From Planctomycetota bacterium (GTDB lineage: Bacteria; Planctomycetota; Planctomycetia; Pirellulales; Lacipirellulaceae), in NCBI GenBank assembly GCA_039190745.1, contig JBCCXZ010000068.1, positions 1 through 17,924 of the forward strand: a stretch of DNA of 17,924 bases, given 5' to 3'. The position numbers were made by a program, and so were the translations under genes. This document shows, one piece after another, positions 1 through 6,865 of the stretch (positions are counted from its first letter, which is position 1; each line of letters starts with the position of its first letter). A model generated the notes under the pieces. The model saw only the letters and a list, made by a program, of their open reading frames with translations. It was not told where the DNA came from and ran no database searches.

Positions 1-541
1 ACACGTTCTAATCGTGCTCCGACCGCTTGTAAGCGCATGGTTTCAGGTTCACATTCCTCCCCTAAAAGGGGTTCTTCTCATCTTTCAGTCGCCATACTGA
101 GTTCACTATCGGTCATCAAGGAGTATTTAGCCTTACGGGATGGTCCCCGTAGATTCAGTCAGGGTTCCACGTGACCCGACCTACTCAGGTACCCCTCGGG
201 AGATTGCTGGCTTTCGCGTACGGGGCTGTCACCCTCTGCGGCCGCCCTTTCCAAGGCGTTCTGCTAACCAGCAATTTTGTGACTCCCATGTGAAGGGCCC
301 TACAACCCCACGGGGGAAACCCCCGCGGTTTGGGCTATTTCGCGTTCGCTCGCCGCTACTGACGAAATCGATTTTTCTTTCTTCTCCTGCGGTTACTTAG
401 ATGTTTCAGTTCACCGCGTTCGCTAAGGCATCCCGGGATCATCACTTGTTTGTCAGCTCCCCCGAGCTTTTCGCAGACTTCCACGCCTATCATCGCCTCT
501 TGATGCCAAGACATCCCCCATGCGCCCTTAGTAGCTTGACC
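1..541 (-). rRNA. rrl: 23S rRNA gene, 5' portion (runs off the left edge of the window)
   Basis: Reverse complement from 541 reads GGTCAAGCTACTAAGGGCGCATGGGGGATGTCTTGGCATCAAGAGGCGATG, matching the bacterial 23S 5' end. Conserved blocks follow: GAACTGAAACATCTAAGTA, AGTAGCGGCGAGCGAA, AAGGCTAAATACTC, GACCGATAGTGAAC, GAACCTGAAACC. The 5' end is placed by analogy to E. coli. Confidence 0.97.
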
Positions 542-833
542 ACATTTATCCAAGGCTCTCGCCGAGGCCTGCCCGAGGGCGTGCCGCGGAGATCGCTGCG
601 GATAATTGCTTGCTACAAGAAGAGGTTCCCTTTGGTCGCTCCCGCTGCTCGCCCTCCGTGAAGGACAAGTGAGCAACGCTCGCGATTGGCTTGGGAACTC
701 TTCCGAGTAACTTTTCGATCCAATTAATCTAAGGACAAAGGAGGCCCGCACAGTACCGGCAGACCCTAAGGATAAGGCCTGCAGGCGCACTCACTGCACG
801 GACATCAGATGCCACTTTTGCTTTCAAACCAAG

Positions 834-845
834 TTGTCAAAGATC
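834..845 (-). promoter_or_regulatory. rRNA antitermination boxA-like element
   Basis: Minus strand GATCTTTGACAA resembles rrn boxA (E. coli TGCTCTTTAACAA). It lies about 70 nt downstream of the predicted start site, just after a GC-rich hairpin (~870-895, boxB-like position). Confidence 0.75.
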
Positions 846-920
846 GCGTGGCTGGCGTCGGCTGCCGCCGGGCCCTCCGCGGCCGCACAGGGGCCGCCCC
901 CAACTCTTGGGGAATTCCAA

Positions 921-948
921 ATCATATCGAGGAGGCCCTGCCTGTCAA
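921..948 (-). promoter_or_regulatory. sigma70-type promoter of the 23S rRNA gene
   Basis: Minus strand TTGACA (948-943), 16-nt spacer, TATGAT (926-921). This is near consensus with the 16-bp spacing typical of rrn promoters; an A-tract lies upstream (~962-966). Predicted TSS ~914. Confidence 0.85.
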
Positions 949-1087
949 AGGGCCCGGGCGATTTTTCGGTGTTTGGCCCCGACGAACTCTGTGATCACAG
1001 GCTCAAACGGCCGGGGATGACGGGCAGGGAAACCCTGCGGGCACGAGAGTCAAGCTGACCGGTCTCGCAGCCGTGCAGGCAGAATGC

Positions 1088-1549
1088 CTACACGTCGCGC
1101 TCTTCGAGGTGGCGCCGGGCGCGGACGCATATCAGTCCGTTTGCCGCGGCTGAGAGCACTAGTAGCACCTGCTTCGGCCAGAAATCGCCGAAGCTGATGC
1201 CGATCGGGTTGAGCAGAAGCGCGACGGTCTCGATGACCCCGTCGAGGAAACGTGCTCCGATACCGAACCAGGTTGAGGCGACCACAACCGTGGCCCCGAT
1301 GCAGAAGGCCTTCCGATCACCTTTTGCGAAGACGAGACCTGTGACAAGGCACCCCGAGGCGGCGAGCCAGAATGCGCCAATAACTGCCTGGACCAGCGGG
1401 TTCGGGAGCACCGCGCAGACGCCGAGCGCGAGGGACGCAAGCGTGAGCGCCAGCAGCATCGTCTTTGTGCTAAAGCGGAACCGAGGGCTGCCCCGCTCTA
1501 GCTGAGCGGGCTGCGGCTGGCGTCGGGGCGAGGGCGGGGGCGTTTGCAT
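1088..1549 (-). CDS. hypothetical integral membrane protein (~153 aa, about 4 TM helices) with an N-terminal RFSxxxLL motif
   Basis: ORF 1088..1600; likely start ATG at 1549 (MQTPPP...). FRFSTKTMLLALTLASLALG precedes about four hydrophobic segments. The RFS(L/T)xxLL pattern is familiar from planctomycete hypothetical membrane proteins. Start uncertain. Confidence 0.75.
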   Translation of the reverse strand: MQTPPPSPRRQPQPAQLERGSPRFRFSTKTMLLALTLASLALGVCAVLPNPLVQAVIGAFWLAASGCLVTGLVFAKGDRKAFCIGATVVVASTWFGIGARFLDGVIETVALLLNPIGISFGDFWPKQVLLVLSAAANGLICVRARRHLEERDV

Positions 1550-1685
1550 CGGGTGGGCAGCGGCGTTGCAAGGGGCGGGCGTGCGCATCGATGCACGCAA
1601 AGAGATGCACTCATAGAACCGTTACTACACCAGTGTAGCCGTCGGAGGCCCCACCGTGACCTTACCGCGCCATGTGGTTCGGCCG

Positions 1686-3200
1686 TTAAACGAGCGTTTC
1701 GGCCTGCTCTTTGAAGATCGACTCTTGCATGGCGTTCTCGGCCCGGGCGAGCATGGTGGCGGGGTCGTCTTCGGGCTGGAACTCGGAGGCGCCCCAGTGC
1801 ACCGCGAGCCGCAGGTCCTTCCCGCCGAGCGGGAGGGTACAGTTGGCGATGGCGCGGCTCACTCGGTTGGCGACGTGCTCGGCGTCTGAGGTGGTGCTGC
1901 CTGGGAGCATCACGCCGAACTCGCCGGGTTCGAAGCGGGCTACGAGGTCCATGTCGCGGAGGGTGCCGCGGATGAACTGGGCGACCGACTCGAGGATCAA
2001 TTTGCCGACGGCGGAGCCGTACTCCGCCTCGATCTTGGCGTACTCGCGTACCTTGAAGCGGACCACCGACAGGGCGAGCCCGAAGCGTCGGCCCTCGGAG
2101 ATGCGGCGGCGGAGTTCGTCGCTGTAGACGGAACGATCCGGCAGGTCGTCGAGGTTGGCGAGGCCGGCAGGGTTGCCGGTGTCGGCCTGGCCCGACTCGG
2201 CTGCTTCTTCGGGCTGTGCCTGAGCCTTTGGCGGCTCAATGGGTTCGCCGACGTGCCTGCACTCGCCTTGGTAGTTGTAGTGGGTCTGGTTGCGGCCGGC
2301 TTCCTTCGAGGCGTAAACCCCCTCGTCAGCCCGACGAATGAGGTTGATCGAGGTCTCACCCCTCTCGAGCTGCGCGACGCCAACGCTGATTGTGACGTGG
2401 AGGGTCTTCCCCTCGTGCTCGACCTCGATGGTCTGGATGGCTTTGCGGACGCGTTCGGCGGCGACGTTGGCCTCGGAGAGCTTGGTGCCGCCGAGGATGA
2501 TGGCAAATTCCTCGCCCCCGTAGCGGCAGGGCGTGTCGGTGCTCTTCACGACCTTGGGCAGGGTTTCGCCCAACGCACGGAGGACGGCGTCGCCCGCCTG
2601 GTGGCCGTGGGTGTCGTTGAACTTCTTGAAGTGGTCGACATCGAAGATGAGCAGCGAGAGGGGGTTGCCCGAGTCGATGCTGCTGCTGACGCCGTTGCGG
2701 AGGACATCGTCGAACGCGCGGCGGTTAGCCAGACCGGTCAGGGCGTCGGTGCGGGCCTCGGCCTGCTGGACCTTGAGCTCTTCGGCTTGCATCGAGATCT
2801 TCTGCTCGGCCGCGGCGAGGCGGGACTCGAGGGTCTCGTTGGCGGATAAGATCCGGCCGACTGCGCTGAGCACATCGTCGCTGGAGCCCTTGCCCTTCAT
2901 GGCGTCGAGCTCGGACGAGATGCTCTTGACCAAGGTGTTGTGCTCGTCGACATCGCTGGCGACATTCATCGCAAGGTCACGGATCTGGAACGCGGCCATA
3001 TTTGCGCGTTCGTGGTCGTTGGCGACCTGCCGCTGCTGCTGCTCTGCGGCCCGCTTCTGTTCGGGGGTCTCTGTCGGCGCGTGCTTGGCGTTGGACAGAT
3101 AGCGAGAACCGTAGAAGCCGGCGACCAGGGCGCTGAGTGCGATCAAGGCATCGACAAGCACGTAGGCGTAGCCTGTTAAGTCGATTACGAGTGCGAGCAT
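1686..3200 (-). CDS. diguanylate cyclase: N-terminal TM helix, coiled coil, active GGEEF domain, second degenerate GGDEF domain
   Basis: Motifs ARTDALTGLANRRAF, DVDHFKKFNDTHGHQAGD, RYGGEEF, TISVGV and ADEGVYASKEAGRN. The C-terminal domain has LRDMDLVARFEPGEFGVMLP. Confidence 0.95.
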   Translation of the reverse strand: MLALVIDLTGYAYVLVDALIALSALVAGFYGSRYLSNAKHAPTETPEQKRAAEQQQRQVANDHERANMAAFQIRDLAMNVASDVDEHNTLVKSISSELDAMKGKGSSDDVLSAVGRILSANETLESRLAAAEQKISMQAEELKVQQAEARTDALTGLANRRAFDDVLRNGVSSSIDSGNPLSLLIFDVDHFKKFNDTHGHQAGDAVLRALGETLPKVVKSTDTPCRYGGEEFAIILGGTKLSEANVAAERVRKAIQTIEVEHEGKTLHVTISVGVAQLERGETSINLIRRADEGVYASKEAGRNQTHYNYQGECRHVGEPIEPPKAQAQPEEAAESGQADTGNPAGLANLDDLPDRSVYSDELRRRISEGRRFGLALSVVRFKVREYAKIEAEYGSAVGKLILESVAQFIRGTLRDMDLVARFEPGEFGVMLPGSTTSDAEHVANRVSRAIANCTLPLGGKDLRLAVHWGASEFQPEDDPATMLARAENAMQESIFKEQAETLV

Positions 3201-3313
3201 CTTGGGTATCTCTCTGCTCCGTGATGGCAGCGGTTGCGTTTTCTGGTCGTTGCTTCAGCCCGATCGCAGGCCGCCGACGCAGGCTTCTCCAGGCAAGCGT
3301 CAGCAATCTCTGA

Positions 3314-3341
3314 AAGTTAGATTGCGGGCTACCCAAGTCAA
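3314..3341 (-). promoter_or_regulatory. candidate sigma70 promoter of the diguanylate cyclase gene
   Basis: Minus strand TTGACT (3341-3336), 16-nt spacer, TAACTT (3319-3314), in an AT-richer patch about 115 nt upstream of the ATG. Confidence 0.5.
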
Positions 3342-3522
3342 AAGAACTTGGCGTGAATCACCTAGAAAGCGAAAGTGCAGTCGGAGCAAGGGCTTTTGCG
3401 CCCCGCGAGCTTGGCGGCGCAGCCGCGGCGGTCCTGAAGAGCGGACGCGCAGAACTCACACCCCGCACGACCGTTCCAGGCCGTTCGGCGGGAGCACACG
3501 GGGTGTTGGATGAGGAGGATCG

Positions 3523-3714
3523 CTAGGCGAGGCCGCGATACTCGTCTGCCTCTGCCCCCGTGACCGTGCGGTCGTATTCGTCGGTGTAAACTGACGGGCA
3601 TACTTCACGTTGACGGCACTGTGTGCAGACGACATGGACTAATTCACTACCGTTGAGGCGGAGCTGGTGTTTCTCACAGAGGTCGTAGAGCTGCTTGAGG
3701 TGGACGCAGGGCAT
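3523..3714 (-). CDS. small Cys/His-rich hypothetical protein (63 aa), possibly Zn-binding
   Basis: MPCVHLKQLYDLCEKHQLRL...VVCTQCRQREVCPS contains CxH, a lone C, CxxC and a final C. Protein-like composition, ATG start, and a promoter candidate directly upstream. Confidence 0.75.
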   Translation of the reverse strand: MPCVHLKQLYDLCEKHQLRLNGSELVHVVCTQCRQREVCPSVYTDEYDRTVTGAEADEYRGLA

Positions 3715-3764
3715 GGCGATGCTTTCTAGCGGAAGGCAGGGGAACCGGACTCCCAGGTACTGGT

Positions 3765-3793
3765 ATTATCTGTGGTCGGGCTTTATCCGTAAA
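3765..3793 (-). promoter_or_regulatory. candidate sigma70 promoter of the 63-aa gene
   Basis: Minus strand TTTACG (3793-3788), 17-nt spacer, GATAAT (3770-3765). Confidence 0.45.
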
Positions 3794-3869
3794 GCCGAGA
3801 ACGGCGGCCTAGCGCCCCACCGCGTTTGAAAGCCTGTGATCGCCGACCCGAGCCCTGCGAGCAGCTATC

Positions 3870-5603
3870 ATGCCGACGAACGAATGCACCACCGGCCAGC
3901 CGTCGTCACCCGAGGCGTTCGACGCGTTCCTCGAATCGGACTGGCAGGCCTTCCTCGACGAAAACCCGCTGCACGCGACGGAAATCGGGGACCGCAGCCG
4001 CAACCATCGCTGGCCCGACCTCAGTTCGGAGGCGTTCGAGACAAGGCTGCGGCGGGCCGGCGACGCTTTGTCTGCTGCCGAGTCGATCGCCCCGGCGGTC
4101 CTGCCACCCCGGCAGCAGCTCGACTTGGAGCTGTTCCGGCGGAAGTACCGCGACACGGTTGAGGGCGCCCCCTTCGGCTGGCGGCGAATGCCGCTGAGCG
4201 CCCGGGAGGGGATACAGGATGCGAGTTTCGTTGCAGACTCGATCGCCTTCGGCGAGACCGCCGACTACGAGCAGTGGATCGAGCGGCTGCGGGGCTTCCC
4301 CGCATACATGGACCAGACGCTGGAACTGATGCGGGAGGGCATTCGGGCGGGAATGGTCCACGCGCGTGTGGTGATGCTGCGGGTTCCGCGGCAGATCGAG
4401 CGGCAGATTGTCGAAGAGCCTGAGGCGAGCCCGTTCTACCAACCACTGCTGCGGATGCCGGCGGCTGTAGACGCAGCTGCGGGGCCTCGGTTGCGTGCGG
4501 CGGCGGCGGACGCCATCCATAAAGAGGTTTTGCCGGCATACCGGCGGATGCTCGCGTTCTTTAGGGACGAGTACCTGCCCGCCTGCACCGAAGACTGTGG
4601 CGCGTGGCAGTGGCCGCGCGGGGAAGAGATGTACGCCTACTTCGCCCGGGTGATGACGACTACCGCAATGACTCCGGGGGAGATTCACGAACTCGGTTTA
4701 GAGGAAGTCGCCCGCATCCGCGAGCAGATGCAGGGGGTGGTTGATCGGATCGGCCACACGGGCTCTTTCGCCGAGTTCCTCGAGCAGTTGCGGTCGGACC
4801 CGAGCCAGTACTACGCCACCGGCGAAGAGTTGCAGGCGGGGTACCAGGCGTTGTGCGACCGGATCGACGGCGAACTGCCGAGGCTATTCCGCAAGCTGCC
4901 GCGGACGTGGTACGACATCCAGCCAATCCCGGAGAACCTGGCCCCGGATACGACGACTGCTTACTACCGACCGCTGTCTGCGGATGGCAAACGACCGGGC
5001 ACGTATTTTGTGAATCTCTACCGGCCCGACCTGCGGCCGAAGTACGAGATGGAGGCGCTCTCGCTGCACGAAGCCGTGCCGGGGCACCACCTGCAGATCG
5101 GCCTGGCGGCCGAGCTCGAAGGCCTGCCGAGCTTCCGTCGGCTCGCGCCCGAGGGCGAGTACACCGGCTACGTCGAAGGATGGGCGCTCTACGCCGAGTC
5201 GCTGGGGCACGAACTGGGGTGTTACGAAGACCCGACCTCGGAGTTCGGCCGGCTCACCTACGAGATGTGGCGGGCCGTCCGGCTGGTAGTCGACACGGGT
5301 ATCCATGCGTTCCGCTGGCCTCGGGAGAAGGCGATCGAGTACTTCGCCGGGCACACCGCGAAGGTGCGGCACGACATCGAGAACGAGGTGGACCGCTACA
5401 TCGCCTGGCCGGGCCAGGCGCTGGCCTACAAGGTGGGCGAAGTGGAAATCCAACGGCTGCGTCAAAGGGCGGAGCGTGAGCTCGGCGGGGGCTTCGACCT
5501 CCCGGAGCTGCACGACGTGCTGCTCCGCAACGGGGCCGTGCCGCTGGACGTGCTGGAGCAGCAGGTATCTGATTGGCTGACAACGAAAAACGCGGGCGGT
5601 TGA
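3870..5603 (+). CDS. DUF885 family protein (putative zinc metallopeptidase), 577 aa
   Basis: Family hallmarks: TTTAMTPGEIHELGLEEVARI, AYY, LSLHEAVPGHHLQ, YVEGWALYAE, MWRAVRLVVDTGIH, EVDRYIAWPGQALAYKVG, GAVPLDVLE. No N-terminal signal peptide seen. Confidence 0.93.
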   Translation: MPTNECTTGQPSSPEAFDAFLESDWQAFLDENPLHATEIGDRSRNHRWPDLSSEAFETRLRRAGDALSAAESIAPAVLPPRQQLDLELFRRKYRDTVEGAPFGWRRMPLSAREGIQDASFVADSIAFGETADYEQWIERLRGFPAYMDQTLELMREGIRAGMVHARVVMLRVPRQIERQIVEEPEASPFYQPLLRMPAAVDAAAGPRLRAAAADAIHKEVLPAYRRMLAFFRDEYLPACTEDCGAWQWPRGEEMYAYFARVMTTTAMTPGEIHELGLEEVARIREQMQGVVDRIGHTGSFAEFLEQLRSDPSQYYATGEELQAGYQALCDRIDGELPRLFRKLPRTWYDIQPIPENLAPDTTTAYYRPLSADGKRPGTYFVNLYRPDLRPKYEMEALSLHEAVPGHHLQIGLAAELEGLPSFRRLAPEGEYTGYVEGWALYAESLGHELGCYEDPTSEFGRLTYEMWRAVRLVVDTGIHAFRWPREKAIEYFAGHTAKVRHDIENEVDRYIAWPGQALAYKVGEVEIQRLRQRAERELGGGFDLPELHDVLLRNGAVPLDVLEQQVSDWLTTKNAGG

Positions 5604-5654
5604 GAGCGGCGGCTTTGGTTGTCGGCGCGCGGCGGGCGTGCTACAACGCGCGGC

Positions 5655-6836
5655 ATGTTCCCGCTCAAAGCGATCCAGGACGCGATCGGCGCCGAAGGCC
5701 TCGACGGTTGGCTGCTGTACGACTTCCGGGACAACAACCCGTTGGCGTGCCGCGTGCTCGGGCTGGGGCCGGAGGCTCACCTCACGAGGCGGCTGTTCTG
5801 TTTTGTGCCCGCGGAGGGTGAGCCGCTGAAGCTGGTCCACCGGATTGAAGACTCGGTGCTGGCGGCGGTGCCGGGCAAGACGATGCTGTACAGCAGCGCC
5901 GACGAGATGCGAGGGGCGCTGACTGAGATGCTCAACGGCGTCGGGCGGGCCGCGATGGAATACGCCCCCGACGGGACGAACCCTTACATCTCGCTGGTCG
6001 ACGCCGGAACGGTGGAGCTGGTACGCAGCATCGGGGCGGAGGTCGCCTCGTCGGGCAACCTAGTCCAGCGGTTCGACGCGGTGTGGAGCGGCGCCCAGTG
6101 GGCGGCCCACCGCGAAGCGTCGGCGGGCGTGCTGGCGGCGTTCGACGCGGCTTGGGCAATGGTGCGTGAGTGCCTGGCCGCCGGCGAATCGCTGCGAGAG
6201 ACCGAAGTGCAGGCGGTGATGCTCGACCGGCTCGCGGGCGCAGGGCTGGTGACCGATCACCCGCCGATCGTCGCGGTCGGGCCGAACAGCGGCAACGCCC
6301 ACTACGCGCCGCAGGCCGGCAGTGACGCCGAGATTGTGAAAGACGCCTTCTTGCTCATTGATGCTTGGGGCAAGCTCGACCACCCCGACGCGGTGTACGC
6401 CGACTACACGCGCGTGGCCTACACGGGGGACGCTGTCACCCCGATGATCGCCGAGGTTTTTGGCGTGGTCGCGGCGGCCCGAGACGCGGCGGTGTCGCTC
6501 GTGGAGAAAGCGTTCTCCGACGGTGCGACGCTCGAAGGCTGGGAGGTCGACCGAGCCGCTCGGGGGGTGATCGAAGCGGCAGGTTACGCTGACGCGTTCG
6601 TCCACCGCACCGGGCACAGCATCGGCCGTGAGCTGCACGGCAGCGGGGCCCACATGGACAGCTTGGAGACGCGTTACGAGCGGACCGTTATGCCGGGAAC
6701 CTGCTTCTCGATCGAGCCGGGGATCTACCTGCCGGAGTTCGGCGTGCGGAGCGAGGTGAACCTGTACGTCGACCCAAAGGGCAAGGTGGATGTGACGGGT
6801 GAGCCGCAATCGGAAGTGTTGCTTCTGCATACTTAG
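5655..6836 (+). CDS. M24 family metallopeptidase (Xaa-Pro aminopeptidase/prolidase-like), ~393 aa
   Basis: Pita-bread fold metal ligands in order: LIDAW (D), YADYTR (D), HRTGHSIG (H), FSIEPGIY (E), GVRSE (E), plus NAHY. ATG at 5655 (MFPLKAIQ) preferred over TTG at 5619. Confidence 0.92.
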   Translation: MFPLKAIQDAIGAEGLDGWLLYDFRDNNPLACRVLGLGPEAHLTRRLFCFVPAEGEPLKLVHRIEDSVLAAVPGKTMLYSSADEMRGALTEMLNGVGRAAMEYAPDGTNPYISLVDAGTVELVRSIGAEVASSGNLVQRFDAVWSGAQWAAHREASAGVLAAFDAAWAMVRECLAAGESLRETEVQAVMLDRLAGAGLVTDHPPIVAVGPNSGNAHYAPQAGSDAEIVKDAFLLIDAWGKLDHPDAVYADYTRVAYTGDAVTPMIAEVFGVVAAARDAAVSLVEKAFSDGATLEGWEVDRAARGVIEAAGYADAFVHRTGHSIGRELHGSGAHMDSLETRYERTVMPGTCFSIEPGIYLPEFGVRSEVNLYVDPKGKVDVTGEPQSEVLLLHT

Positions 6837-6865
6837 CGGCGCTTCTCTAACGCCGGAAAGACGGG

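Noticed and set aside
542..830. Possible ITS tRNA-Ile/tRNA-Ala or 16S fragment upstream of 23S
   Set aside because: No cloverleaf or T-loop in tRNA context, and no extended 16S similarity beyond an 8-nt CCUCCUUU.
140..1058. ORFs 140..400, 356..790, 401..661, 809..994 and 834..1058
   Set aside because: They overlap the 23S rRNA, its leader or its promoter and have no protein-like features.
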